Positions 17,103-27,551 of a stretch of DNA of 35,920 bases are shown one piece after another. The DNA comes from a virus (Duplodnaviria; Caudoviricetes). The stretch spans positions 1-35,920 of IMG/VR virus record IMGVR_UViG_3300026831_000002. One strand, written 5' to 3'. A program made the translations under genes and the position numbers. Position 1 is the stretch's first letter. Each line of letters opens with the position of its first letter. The notes below the pieces were generated by a model. That model saw nothing but the letters and a program-made list of their open reading frames with translations, searched no databases and was not told the DNA's origin.

Positions 17103-17507
17103 ATGATAGTAAAATACAAGAGTGATGATGTATGGGGTTATATCGACCATGTAAGACAGGTTGCAACAAGGGAATATGATGGCAATGAATTGATTCGTGA
17201 ATATGAAGTTGAAGTCAATAAAGAAGAAAGAGAAGATATCGCAAGTGTTTATGATGGAGATAAAAGAGTTGTTGACGGAGTTGCTACATCGAATAAAGTG
17301 TTCTTAATGATATCTGAAAAAATTGAAGATTTAACCACAGAACTTAATGCACATGCGGTCAATCTCATTAAACCTAATTTTAACCCAGCCTATGCAATAT
17401 TGCTATATCTCGAAGATACCAAGGACTATGATGCAATGGTTTTGATAACCAATCAGAAATGTTACTTGATGAATGATGAAGGTAAAACAATTGAGAGGTT
17501 GGTGTAA
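17103..17507 (+). CDS. Hypothetical protein
   Basis: SD GAGGT; C-terminal YLMNDEGKTIERL. Confidence 0.7.
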   Translation: MIVKYKSDDVWGYIDHVRQVATREYDGNELIREYEVEVNKEEREDIASVYDGDKRVVDGVATSNKVFLMISEKIEDLTTELNAHAVNLIKPNFNPAYAILLYLEDTKDYDAMVLITNQKCYLMNDEGKTIERLV

Positions 17508-17510
17508 TCT

Positions 17511-17885
17511 ATGCGTTCACTTGAACGAAATAAAATCCTCTTTTATTATGCCCTATACAAAGGTATGGCGCCCGTTTTAGACGAGAACGGCAACGACACG
17601 GGTCAAACTGCTCCTTCATACGAAAATCCTGTAAAATTCAGAGCCCGGGTATCACCGAATAAAGGCGAAGCGAACACAGAGGCATTTGGTCTGACAGCAG
17701 ATTACGATCGGGTGATTTCAACTACCGATACTCTTCCACTGACTGAAACAAGTGTGTTATGGATTGATACTCTTCCGGTGCTGAATGAAGATGGTTCAAC
17801 CGCAACACCAAATGATTACAAGGTAACTAAGGTTGCACCGGATTTGAACCAGCATCAATATGCTATCAAGAAGGTGGTGAAATAA
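17511..17885 (+). CDS. Head closure/stopper-like protein
   Basis: Size, position and motifs (G..NTEAFG...DY, DYKVTKV). Confidence 0.7.
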   Translation: MRSLERNKILFYYALYKGMAPVLDENGNDTGQTAPSYENPVKFRARVSPNKGEANTEAFGLTADYDRVISTTDTLPLTETSVLWIDTLPVLNEDGSTATPNDYKVTKVAPDLNQHQYAIKKVVK

Positions 17886-18130
17886 TGAATAAAGTAAAAA
17901 TCATTGATAGTTCGCCAAGTGAAACAAAAATATTTATTGATGATGTTGAAATTCAAGGCATCGTTAGATATCAGATATCAAACGGAGTTAATGAACCAAG
18001 GGTATTGAAACTCGAAATGCTTGTTGATGATGCAGAGGTTGAAACAGTCGATAAAACGAAAATTATGGCTAAAGAGTTTGCTAAGTACGCACGTGAGTTC
18101 AATAGAAAATTTACAGTATCCGTGGTGTAG
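17885..18130 (+). CDS. Hypothetical protein
   Basis: TAATG stop/start coupling; SD AAGGTGGTG. Confidence 0.6.
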   Translation: MNKVKIIDSSPSETKIFIDDVEIQGIVRYQISNGVNEPRVLKLEMLVDDAEVETVDKTKIMAKEFAKYAREFNRKFTVSVV

Positions 18131-18133
18131 ATT

Positions 18134-18640
18134 ATGAAGCAGATTAAATTCGGTCTATCCATTAAAGAAATTCAATCAGCCATCCAACAGCTCGAACAAT
18201 ACAAAAAATCACTGTCTGGAAAATGTGAAACTTTGGTTAGGCAGCTTTCTGAACATGGATATGAGGTTGCTAAGGCTATTCTGGAGCAACACGTATATTC
18301 TGGTCGAACACTTGGTAGTATCCGAATCGAGGATATCTCTGACGGCAACATAACCCGAATGAGCATTGTTGTAGAAAGTGATGCAATCCTGTTTTTGGAA
18401 TTTGGCGCAGGAATCAAATACTCTTCCACCATAAATCCTGAAGCCGCAGAACTCGGCATGGGACCAGGCACATATCCAGGTGAAGGACACTGGGATGATC
18501 CTAATGGTTGGTGGTATAAAGGTGACGATGGCGAATGGCATCATTCATACGGTATCGAAGCGGCAATGCCAATGTATAACGCAAGTAAGGCTATGGTAAA
18601 AGATGTTGGAAAAATTGCAAAAACAGTTTTTAAATCATAA
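18134..18640 (+). CDS. Neck/tail completion protein (HK97 gp10-like)
   Basis: SGRTLGSI, FLEFGAG, GWWY...G..AAMPMYNA. Confidence 0.75.
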   Translation: MKQIKFGLSIKEIQSAIQQLEQYKKSLSGKCETLVRQLSEHGYEVAKAILEQHVYSGRTLGSIRIEDISDGNITRMSIVVESDAILFLEFGAGIKYSSTINPEAAELGMGPGTYPGEGHWDDPNGWWYKGDDGEWHHSYGIEAAMPMYNASKAMVKDVGKIAKTVFKS

Positions 18641-18657
18641 AGTCGGAGGAAAATCAT

Positions 18658-18894
18658 ATGAATTTTGGAGAAGCATTAGAAGCATTAAAACAGGGCAATA
18701 GAGTTGCAAGAAAAGGTTGGAATGGTAAGGGAATGTGGATAGCAAAAGTCACGGATTGTGAAATCCCATATCGCGGCATAGGACTTGTTAGATTAAATCC
18801 ATTTTTTGTAATTAAAAATGTGAATGAAACAATGAGTACATGGGTTCCATCGGTTAATGATTGCCACGCAGATGATTGGATGATTGTTGAATAG
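18658..18894 (+). CDS. tad2: DUF2829 / Tad2-like anti-defence sponge protein
   Basis: MNFGEALEALKQGNRVARKGWNGKGMWI...WVPSVNDCHADDW family signature. Confidence 0.8.
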   Translation: MNFGEALEALKQGNRVARKGWNGKGMWIAKVTDCEIPYRGIGLVRLNPFFVIKNVNETMSTWVPSVNDCHADDWMIVE

Positions 18895-18905
18895 GTGGTG
18901 ATACC

Positions 18906-19304
18906 ATGATAGATATCGAAAGCTTACAATTTACCAGAGTTAAATCAGCTGTAGTTGCTTCATTTTCAACATGTGAATGCCAAACAGTAGATAATTCGGC
19001 TACGAGTCCAAAGTTTCCATATTTGCAATTTTCACAGAAAGACAATCCAACATATGCGCCTTCGATTGACGGCGGTTCTAAAGAAAATCATGTTCAACCA
19101 ATGATACAGATTGATGTATATACCACTGATACCACATTGAAAGCAAAACAAATTATGGCGGTTGCTGATACACAGATGCAGACAGATGGATGGCAAAGAA
19201 TATTCGGTCCGCAACCTTTGTCATTAACTTCTCCATACAGATTTACCGCAAGATATCAAGCAATAGTAAAGCAAAATGCACCGAATAATTTTACGGTGAT
19301 TTAA
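18906..19304 (+). CDS. Tail terminator-like protein
   Basis: PKFPY...QIDVYT...RFTARY; immediately before the tail tube gene. Confidence 0.75.
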   Translation: MIDIESLQFTRVKSAVVASFSTCECQTVDNSATSPKFPYLQFSQKDNPTYAPSIDGGSKENHVQPMIQIDVYTTDTTLKAKQIMAVADTQMQTDGWQRIFGPQPLSLTSPYRFTARYQAIVKQNAPNNFTVI

Positions 19305-19319
19305 TATAACAAAAAACTA

Positions 19320-19373
19320 TTAACCCCGAGAGCCTCCGAGTTCCACATATAAAATAAGGAGGCTATTTTTATG
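19320..19373 (+). promoter_or_regulatory. Com-box plus RBS-occluding hairpin of the tail tube gene
   Basis: TTAACCCC-GAGAGCC-TCC-GAGTTCCAC; AGCCTCC (19331-19337) is complementary to GGAGGCT (19358-19364). Confidence 0.72.
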
Positions 19374-19784
19374 GCAGGAGAAATCAGTTCATATGGAGTT
19401 CACTTAATGACTTCAACAGACGGGACAGCATACACAAAACTTGTTGACATTAAGGACTTCCCAGACTTAGGCGGTGCACCGGAGGCATTAGATATCACAA
19501 CTTTATCTGATGCAATGACAAGGAGCATCAATGGTATTCAGCAGTTAAAACCGTTCGAGTTTACAGCTAACTATACCAAAACCGATTACACGGCATTAAA
19601 AGCAAAAGAAGGAACAACAACCAAATTTGCTCTCTATTTTGGTAGTGCCGGTGATGGCGCAGATGGTAAATTCGGTTGGGAAGGTCAGCTTTCCGTATGG
19701 CCAGTTGGTGGAAAGGTCAACTCCGCACTTGAAATGAAAATTTCTATTTCCGCATCTACGGCTATCACACAGATCACGGCGTAG
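19371..19784 (+). CDS. Major tail (tube) protein
   Basis: PDLGGAPEALDITTLSD...EFTANY motif; position. Confidence 0.88.
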   Translation: MAGEISSYGVHLMTSTDGTAYTKLVDIKDFPDLGGAPEALDITTLSDAMTRSINGIQQLKPFEFTANYTKTDYTALKAKEGTTTKFALYFGSAGDGADGKFGWEGQLSVWPVGGKVNSALEMKISISASTAITQITA

Positions 19785-19793
19785 TTCTAAATC

Positions 19794-19830
19794 GGCTGTC
19801 ATGGTGTCACAGCCTTGACAGCTATTTCTT
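19794..19830 (+). terminator. Hairpin after the tail tube gene
   Basis: GGCTGTCA...TGACAGCT followed by ATTTCTT. Confidence 0.5.
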
Positions 19831-19868
19831 GAAAACAAAATTTCAAATTATCTTAGGAGGATAAAAAC

Positions 19869-20249
19869 ATGAGAGTCAATGGTAAGGAATATAGAATTCC
19901 AGATTTAAGTGATTTTGATACAGTTTTGCAGTTGGAAGAAAAGGGAATTAACTTATTGGAGTTAGTTACAACCACCCAGGACAGAATTAAAACCGCTCCT
20001 TTCGCTACAATCCGAGATGTGTTGGCTTGTCTTATGATGTCTAGTAAAGAAGAGGCTACACAAGAAATCAAAGATCACATCAAAAATGGTGGAAATCTTA
20101 TGGATTTAATGCTTGAAGTTGTAGAAGATATTAACGGCGTAGCAACGTCTGGTGAAAAAGCGGGTTTTTCGAAAGCGGAGAAAAAAACTCCGCAGAAGCG
20201 GAAACCGAAGGCTACAGCAAAAGAAGCAATCAAGGAAGCTCAGAATTAG
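19869..20249 (+). CDS. Tail assembly chaperone (gpG-like)
   Basis: Between tube and tape measure genes; SD AGGAGG; slippery G-GGT-TTT at 20162-20168. Confidence 0.8.
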   Translation: MRVNGKEYRIPDLSDFDTVLQLEEKGINLLELVTTTQDRIKTAPFATIRDVLACLMMSSKEEATQEIKDHIKNGGNLMDLMLEVVEDINGVATSGEKAGFSKAEKKTPQKRKPKATAKEAIKEAQN

Positions 20250-20617
20250 TTCAATCTTATAGAAGTTTAACAGATATCATACATAAAATTTGGCTTCCTG
20301 AGGCAATAGCAATCAAGGTTCCATATGAATCATTTGGAAGGCTTAATCCGAAAAAATTAGAGCCATTTAGAGATGCTTTTAAGATAACACAAGACGAAGT
20401 CAGGTTTAATTTATGGCTGCAAGGTTTATATTTCAAGATGTCAGTTTTATCGGCGCTTAAGGGAGATGAAGTACCATATCCGGATAAGCCATTAGATTTG
20501 ACGGCGAAGCGCAATAATTCGGAAACACAAGTTTCAGAAACAGCCAATAAAGCCATTCAGTTCAGTGCATGGGCCGATATGTATAACGAAAGAGTTTTAC
20601 AACAAAAGAACCAATAA
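19869..20617 (+). CDS. Tail assembly chaperone -1 frameshift product (gpGT-like)
   Basis: The -1 frame is open from 20168 to TAA 20615-20617 (...WLPEAIAIKVPYESFGRLNPKKLEPF...WLQGLY...YPDKP). Confidence 0.8.
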
Positions 20618-20624
20618 TCAAGCC

Positions 20625-20673
20625 GAGAACCCTATGAGTTCCACTTTAACATAGAAAAGTGGTGAATGTCATG
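20625..20673 (+). promoter_or_regulatory. Com-box plus RBS-occluding hairpin of the tape measure gene
   Basis: GAGAACC-CTAT-GAGTTCCAC; CCACTTT (20641-20647) is complementary to AAAGTGG (20656-20662). Confidence 0.7.
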
Positions 20674-23600
20674 GGAATGGAAGTTGATCGTCTTGAAATT
20701 CAGGTACAAGCCGAAGCATCAAAAGCGGCTGCGCAACTTGACAAGTTAATATCGAAACTTGGGAACGTATCATCTGCCTTGACATCAGTCAACACAAGTG
20801 GATTGCGTAATTTTGCATCTGGGGTTAATCAGCTATCTTCTGCTATGGAAAAAATGAGCGGAGTAAAAACCACAGATTTTAATAGAGTCACAAAGGGTAT
20901 TGAAAAATTAAGTACGATTAACGAATCGGCTTTATATAAATCGGCTAACGGAATTAGAAATTTTGCTAATTCATTGAATGGTATTAGTTCAGTTTCGGAT
21001 GATGCTGTCAAGATAGGTGAAATAGCTAATAATATTTCAAAGCTTGGCGGTGCAAAGGTTGAAAAGGTTGTAACTACTCTTCCACAGTTATCAATAGCTT
21101 TCAAAGAGTTTATGACTACGCTCTCAACCGCTCCGAATGTTTCAGAGAACGTCATTAGAATGACTAATGCTATGTCTAGCTTGGCTTCTAATGGCTCCAA
21201 GTTTAGCAGTACAGTGAATGGCTTATCTCGTGCCGCTAAAACGCTTACACGGTCAAATAACGAGGCCACTACATCTACTAATTTATTCGGCATTTCTCAC
21301 AGGAATGCAATCTCTCCTGTATCATCATTGACATCACAGGTAAATAAACTTGTTGGTGCATATTTCACACTGAGATATGTGCTTGGCGGCATTACTGGTT
21401 CTATTAATAAGTCCATGGACTTCAATGAGACTATCAACCTATTCCAGACTTCCTATAAAAAAATAGGTGAAGAAGCCGCTGTCAAGAATGGTATGGATTG
21501 GGGAAGTAAATCCGCTGATGCATATGCAAAAGCATTCATTGACCGTGCTCAAACATTTAACGATAAACTGACACAAGCTTTAAGCCTTGACCCGAATACC
21601 ATGATGAATTACCAAGCTGTTTTTGCTCAGATATCAAGTGCTATGGGATTGACAGCAAACACAGCTGAAAACATTTCGGAATCTTTTACCATGTTAGGTA
21701 ACGATATTGCATCATTATGGAATATCAATACAGCTGATGCAATGCAGAAATTACAAGCCGGATTAACAGGACAAGTTCGCCCTCTCCGTGAATTAGGTGT
21801 TGATATTACCCAAGCAACCCTACAGTTGACAGCATATAAATACGGAATCAAAGACTCCGTCAAGGATATGAGCCAGGCTGAAAAGGTTCAGTTGAGATGG
21901 TTAACCATCATGGACCAGTCTTCTGTTGCGTTTGGAGATATGGCAAAAACAATCAACTCTCCTGCTAACCAGTTGAGAGTTTTAAAACAGCAATGGGAGA
22001 ATTTGTCCCGTTCCATTGGCAATGTATTCATGCCAATTGTTACTACGGTTCTTCCATATATAAACGCAGTAGTTATAGCTTTACGTAACATGATTGATAC
22101 TTTGGCTACGGCTATGGGTTATGAACTACCTGATTACACCGATAGCAATATTTATACTGATGTTACGGGAAATATTAATGATGTTACTGACGCTACCGAT
22201 AGTGCTACAAAGGCAAATGAAAAGTATAAAAAATCCATTATGGGATTTGATGAATTAAATATTCTTACGGATAACGGTTCGAAATCCAAGTCTAGCACTA
22301 CCAATACCGGCGGTGGAAACCCTGTTCTTGATGATGCCATTGGGAAAAAGACCGATTCTTATATTGACAAATGGAACGATCAGATTGCGGAAATGAAAAA
22401 TAAAGCAGAGGATTTAGCTGCTATTATCCAACCAAAAATTGAAAAATTTGTTGACTTTTTAGGGCAAATTTCTCCACTTCTCGAAGGAATAGGTATTGCT
22501 TTTGCTGCTTATGAAATCATTACATGGTTTTCTAAGCTTGCAGATAAAATAGGTTTATTGTCCATGACTCCAGCTGGTGTAATTGCTATAGCTATAGGGG
22601 CATTAGCGGTTTTAGTTTTGGCTATAAAAAAACATAACGACGACTTAGTTAAAAGCGATTTAGCAAAAAGATTCGGAGATATAACTCTTTCGCTTCAAGA
22701 TATGAAGGATATAGCGGATGATTTAACTTCATCTGATTATACTGCAAAAATAGATGTCTATGTAACTGAAAAAGCTAAACTTGAAGATATGAAAAAGGCT
22801 ATTCAGACAGATATCAATACGTTAGAAAAATTAGGTTGGAAAGTTTCAGTTGGACTTAAGCTGACTAAAGAAGAACAATCTACATATTCATCAACAATTA
22901 AAAAGTTTATTTCTGATACAGAAGATTACATTGACCAGCAAAATTATGTAATTGATTTGGCTATTAATGCTGTTATCCAAGACGACGAAAAATTCAACAA
23001 AGAAATGACATCGCTTGTTGATGAGTATTTCAACGGATCCAAGGATAAAATGGAGAGACTTGGTAAAAGATTACGAAATACCATGGACAACGCCCTTGCT
23101 GATGGTGTAATAGATGCAACTGAGCAAAAGACCATTAATAATTTAATCAAGGAAATGAACGAGGTTACAAGCCAAATATCCGACGCTCAATTTCAGGCAA
23201 AATTGCAGATGATAACCGTTGACGGTGAATTGACTGCAGATAGTTTTAAAGGATTAACAAAACAGATTCAAGGCGCTATCGACAATAAGGTAAAATCAGA
23301 GGGTGAAGCTTACCAGACTGCATTAGTAGGAATTAACGTAGCGTATAAGGCTAAGATGGACGATGCTAAAAATGCATCAGAAAAAGCTAAATTACAACAA
23401 CAATGGGATGCAGATGTTAAAGAACTTGGTGAACAATTTTCTCAAACAAAAGCAACAATTACTTTAAAGGGAATGACATTTTCACTTGGTACACTTACCA
23501 AGAATTATCAATCCGAATTAAAAAAAGCAATCCCAGGGTTATCAAGTATAACCGTTGATACTATTAGTCCAATGTTGTACGAATCATTAAAAGGTTTAGA

Positions 23601-24948
23601 CTCTTCAACCGCAATGAATCAGGTTGTTTTTGACATGATGACCAACTATCAGACGGCGTTATCAAATAGCGGAATGAGTGCTGCATCAAAAGAAGGATTG
23701 CAGCAAATGCTTGATGCATTAAAGCCATCTACTAAGCAGTTACAGAAAATTTATGATGATGCTCTCAAAGCCGGAACTCAGGTTCCAGATGGAGTAACTG
23801 AGGCATTAACGAATGAAGCAAATCTCGGTGCTATTTCTGGAGATATGGATGCGATGGCGTTTTTAATGGGTCAAAAGCTTTCTACTGATCCTAAGTTTTT
23901 GGAATTGTTATCAAAAAGCAAAGATGCCGGGGTAAAACTTAACGGGCATCTAATAGAGGGATTGAAAAGCAAAATACCTGATTTAAAAATACAAGGTGAG
24001 AAATTAGTTTTTAATGTTCAAAATGCTGTTGATAATGCTTCTTCATCAACAGAAACCCAAACAAAATTATCTGCATCTGGTAAAAATATTGTTGATGGAG
24101 TAAATAAAGGAATAACGAAAAACAAACCATCTTCTGACTCTACAATAAAGAAATGGGCGCAAGGTATAAACGGTATTTTTGATGCCACGGCTTCGTCAAG
24201 TACTTATAAGGGGTATGGAAAAAACATTGTTGATGGGTTAAACAATGGCGTTAAGGATAATCAGAATAAATCTCAAAGTCCAATCGAAACATGGGCTAAC
24301 AGTATTGCCGATTGGTTTAAGGGAGTTTTTGGAATACACTCACCTTCCACTGTTGCGCATGGTTGGGGTGGAAATATTGTTAGTGGATTAGTTAATGGAA
24401 TTCAAGATAAATGGACTAACGGATTAAAGAGTTTTCAGAAATGGTTATCCGGCATTCCTGGAGATATCGCCGATGGTATTGGCAGTTTATACAGCATAGG
24501 TAAGGATTTAATTGGTAGTTTTATTGATGGATTTAAATCGATTTCATTGCCAAAATTAGATATCGATCTTGGATCAAAAACTGTAAATATCCTTGGTAAA
24601 GATATAAAAGTTCCATCGCTTGATATAAAGTTACGTGCAGTTGGTGGTTTACCTGATATGGGTGAAATGTTCGTTGCTCGTGAAGCAGGTCCAGAGTTAG
24701 TTGGACGAATAGGTCGCAGTAATGCTGTTGTGAATAACGACCAAATTGTGCAGTCAGTGAGTTCCGGTGTTGCTAATGCGGTAGCTGAAACAATGATTCC
24801 TATATTGATGTCAAACGGAAATTCAAGTGGTGGTAATACAACTGTGAGAGTTCCAATTTATCTTGGAAAAGAGCAACTGGCAGAGGCAGTTCTTGACGGC
24901 ATAAACAAACGAAACAGAAGGTTCCAAACTTCTGTAAGTTACATATAG
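20671..24948 (+). CDS. Tape measure protein
   Basis: ~1425 aa helical Ala/Ser-rich protein; FGIHSPS and AREAGPELVG motifs; start moved to ATG 20671. Confidence 0.93.
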   Translation: MGMEVDRLEIQVQAEASKAAAQLDKLISKLGNVSSALTSVNTSGLRNFASGVNQLSSAMEKMSGVKTTDFNRVTKGIEKLSTINESALYKSANGIRNFANSLNGISSVSDDAVKIGEIANNISKLGGAKVEKVVTTLPQLSIAFKEFMTTLSTAPNVSENVIRMTNAMSSLASNGSKFSSTVNGLSRAAKTLTRSNNEATTSTNLFGISHRNAISPVSSLTSQVNKLVGAYFTLRYVLGGITGSINKSMDFNETINLFQTSYKKIGEEAAVKNGMDWGSKSADAYAKAFIDRAQTFNDKLTQALSLDPNTMMNYQAVFAQISSAMGLTANTAENISESFTMLGNDIASLWNINTADAMQKLQAGLTGQVRPLRELGVDITQATLQLTAYKYGIKDSVKDMSQAEKVQLRWLTIMDQSSVAFGDMAKTINSPANQLRVLKQQWENLSRSIGNVFMPIVTTVLPYINAVVIALRNMIDTLATAMGYELPDYTDSNIYTDVTGNINDVTDATDSATKANEKYKKSIMGFDELNILTDNGSKSKSSTTNTGGGNPVLDDAIGKKTDSYIDKWNDQIAEMKNKAEDLAAIIQPKIEKFVDFLGQISPLLEGIGIAFAAYEIITWFSKLADKIGLLSMTPAGVIAIAIGALAVLVLAIKKHNDDLVKSDLAKRFGDITLSLQDMKDIADDLTSSDYTAKIDVYVTEKAKLEDMKKAIQTDINTLEKLGWKVSVGLKLTKEEQSTYSSTIKKFISDTEDYIDQQNYVIDLAINAVIQDDEKFNKEMTSLVDEYFNGSKDKMERLGKRLRNTMDNALADGVIDATEQKTINNLIKEMNEVTSQISDAQFQAKLQMITVDGELTADSFKGLTKQIQGAIDNKVKSEGEAYQTALVGINVAYKAKMDDAKNASEKAKLQQQWDADVKELGEQFSQTKATITLKGMTFSLGTLTKNYQSELKKAIPGLSSITVDTISPMLYESLKGLDSSTAMNQVVFDMMTNYQTALSNSGMSAASKEGLQQMLDALKPSTKQLQKIYDDALKAGTQVPDGVTEALTNEANLGAISGDMDAMAFLMGQKLSTDPKFLELLSKSKDAGVKLNGHLIEGLKSKIPDLKIQGEKLVFNVQNAVDNASSSTETQTKLSASGKNIVDGVNKGITKNKPSSDSTIKKWAQGINGIFDATASSSTYKGYGKNIVDGLNNGVKDNQNKSQSPIETWANSIADWFKGVFGIHSPSTVAHGWGGNIVSGLVNGIQDKWTNGLKSFQKWLSGIPGDIADGIGSLYSIGKDLIGSFIDGFKSISLPKLDIDLGSKTVNILGKDIKVPSLDIKLRAVGGLPDMGEMFVAREAGPELVGRIGRSNAVVNNDQIVQSVSSGVANAVAETMIPILMSNGNSSGGNTTVRVPIYLGKEQLAEAVLDGINKRNRRFQTSVSYI

Positions 24949-24965
24949 GAAGGAGGGTCTTATAT

Positions 24966-25337
24966 ATGGCATTGTTAAAAATAAATGGAACAGCAATTAA
25001 AGACCCTTCTTCTCATTCATGGGGAATATCAGATGAATCCAGTGAGGAAAGCGGACGTTCCACTAATGACGGAAAAATGAATAAAGATGTAGTGGCACAA
25101 AAGATAAAACTTTCACTTTCATGGAATAATCCAACCGGAGAAGAAGCGTCAAGCATTTTGAAAGCTGTAAATTATACAACTGTTGGTTCAATGTTTTCAG
25201 TTACATATCTTGACACTATGGAAAATGCATACTTAACCAAAACTTTTTACGTCGGTGATAGATCTGCCCCTATGAAGTACAGCAATATCAGAGGCACAGT
25301 ATATTCAACATTATCATTCGATATTATCGAACAGTAA
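24966..25337 (+). CDS. Distal tail protein-like
   Basis: Follows the tape measure; SGRSTNDGKM, TFYVGDRS, FDIIE. Confidence 0.75.
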   Translation: MALLKINGTAIKDPSSHSWGISDESSEESGRSTNDGKMNKDVVAQKIKLSLSWNNPTGEEASSILKAVNYTTVGSMFSVTYLDTMENAYLTKTFYVGDRSAPMKYSNIRGTVYSTLSFDIIEQ

Positions 25338-25351
25338 GAGGGTGATACATA

Positions 25352-27514
25352 ATGGTAAATACATCAACTGAATATCAAAATAAAATATCTGGTGATAGAA
25401 AATTTTATCTGTATGCAGATATCACCCTCTCTGACGGCACGGTTTTGAATTTGGATGATACTGACATCATGCAGGGTGGAATGGAATTTGAAGATGCTGT
25501 CAGTGGAACAGAATACTTTCAGGTTGGCGCGGCAATTATCAATAAAAATACTATCACTCTTAATAACTACAAGGGTAAATTTGATAATTACGATTTCACC
25601 GATGCAACCGTTGTTCCTTATGTTGGGCTGCAGTTATCTTCTACCGTGGAAAAATTAAAGAAGGGTTATTTTACTGTTGACGAACCGAACGCCGTAGGGA
25701 ATATAATAACGCTTGAAAGCCTTGATAATATGGTTAAGTTTGAAAAACCGTTCAAGGATGTAGCATTAATCTTTCCTACTACCGCAGGATTTGTTCTGAC
25801 AGCAATCTGTAATTATTGTGGGGTTGAAATTGCTACACCAGAGTTCACAAATTACGATTTTACAATCCAATCAAGGCCAATTGATGAAGCTATCTCCTGC
25901 TTGGATATGGTTTCGTATATTGCTACGATTGCCGGTTGCTATGCAAGATGTAATATTGATGGTGCATTGGAACTTAAGTGGTACGACTTGACTGTATTTG
26001 AGTGCCAGAACAGTGTTGATGGCGGTTATTTCGACCCTACTACACAGGCCAATTATCAAAGCGGTACTGCAGTTGACGGTGGTAATTTTGTAGATTATAC
26101 AACCGGATCCAGTGTTGACGGCGGTACATTTCTACAGTCAAAGAACGTACATCATTTATTTGATTTTGGTTCATCTCCCACTGTTGCGGTTGACGATGTT
26201 GTTATTACGGGTGTTCAAGTATCAGACAACGCAGAAACTCCAAATACGGTGTTGTTTGGTTCAACTGGATATGTAATAAGCATTACAGGAAATCCACTTG
26301 TACAAAGCCAAACAGACGCGCAGACAATAGCAAATACCGTTGGTGCCAAGATAGTCGGAATGAGGTTCAGACCTTTGACAGCAAGTATTTTGAGTAATCC
26401 AATGATTGAAGCTGGCGACCCGGCTTACGTTTCAGTTAGAACAAGCCGTGGATACAATACATATCAGACATTTATAACCAGTTTGTCGTTTAAGATTAAT
26501 AGTCGCGAATCCATTTCATGCAATGCTGAAACTCCTTCACGAAATAGTTCAACCAGGTATTCAGAAACAACCAAGGCAATTGTTGAGGCAAGAAAAAAAG
26601 CTGAACAAAAACTATCTGATTATGATTTGACGGTACAACAGCTAACTAATTTAATCACCAATGGATTCGGAATATATAAAACCGAAATCAAGGATGATAA
26701 CGGTGGAATTATCTATTATATGCACGACAAACCGTTAATGTCGGATTCAAGTGTTAGATGGTTCATGACCTCCGAAGGAATGATTGAACAGAACCAAGTA
26801 AGCGGTCAATGGGTTACTGTCAGCGGAACTGATAAGCACGGTAATGCGCTTTACAATGTTTTGTATGCAAGAAAAATTAGTGCAGATTATATTCGTACCG
26901 GTAAGATATTCTCTGATGATGGTTCAGTGCTAATTGATATGGCTTATGGGGTTGCTAACTCTGATAATTTGAGTTTCATCGATAATATTCAAAGTGGTTT
27001 TCCTCTCGCGATGCCATTTAATATAGATGATAATGTATCAAAAATTAATAAAGTTTTGCTCAAATATACTCAACAAAATTTTAGAACCTATTCAGACATA
27101 ACGGATTACGCCGGGAGTTCGGTTGTATCAAGTCGAACTGGTGGAGTTGATGTGTCGACTGGATACGCTTTTCCGAGTGATATATCCACTTCATCGGCAG
27201 ATGGAAGTACGGGAACTCATTCACATACCATATATCTATATCATAAACATGCAGGTGGCGGTCATTCGCATGATGTAGATTTACCAGCGCATTCACATAG
27301 TTTAAGCTTTGGCATACAAGAACAGGCAATATCTGATTATAACATTGATATTTATGTCAATGGAACGCAAAGAGCATCAATCTCAGACCAACAAGGTATC
27401 ATTGATTTGACCGCATATATCACGGCGGCCGGATGGCACACAATAGAACTTCGGAGTACAAGCCTTAAACGAGTATCCGCACAGATTAATATTAAATCAT
27501 ATATTAAGAGTTAA
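25352..27514 (+). CDS. Baseplate hub/central tail spike protein
   Basis: Position; NPMIEAGD hub motif; VDGGxF repeats; C-terminal HxH motifs. Confidence 0.75.
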   Translation: MVNTSTEYQNKISGDRKFYLYADITLSDGTVLNLDDTDIMQGGMEFEDAVSGTEYFQVGAAIINKNTITLNNYKGKFDNYDFTDATVVPYVGLQLSSTVEKLKKGYFTVDEPNAVGNIITLESLDNMVKFEKPFKDVALIFPTTAGFVLTAICNYCGVEIATPEFTNYDFTIQSRPIDEAISCLDMVSYIATIAGCYARCNIDGALELKWYDLTVFECQNSVDGGYFDPTTQANYQSGTAVDGGNFVDYTTGSSVDGGTFLQSKNVHHLFDFGSSPTVAVDDVVITGVQVSDNAETPNTVLFGSTGYVISITGNPLVQSQTDAQTIANTVGAKIVGMRFRPLTASILSNPMIEAGDPAYVSVRTSRGYNTYQTFITSLSFKINSRESISCNAETPSRNSSTRYSETTKAIVEARKKAEQKLSDYDLTVQQLTNLITNGFGIYKTEIKDDNGGIIYYMHDKPLMSDSSVRWFMTSEGMIEQNQVSGQWVTVSGTDKHGNALYNVLYARKISADYIRTGKIFSDDGSVLIDMAYGVANSDNLSFIDNIQSGFPLAMPFNIDDNVSKINKVLLKYTQQNFRTYSDITDYAGSSVVSSRTGGVDVSTGYAFPSDISTSSADGSTGTHSHTIYLYHKHAGGGHSHDVDLPAHSHSLSFGIQEQAISDYNIDIYVNGTQRASISDQQGIIDLTAYITAAGWHTIELRSTSLKRVSAQINIKSYIKS

Positions 27515-27551
27515 TGAGATAGCTTAATATGATTTTTACACGAGCAACCAG

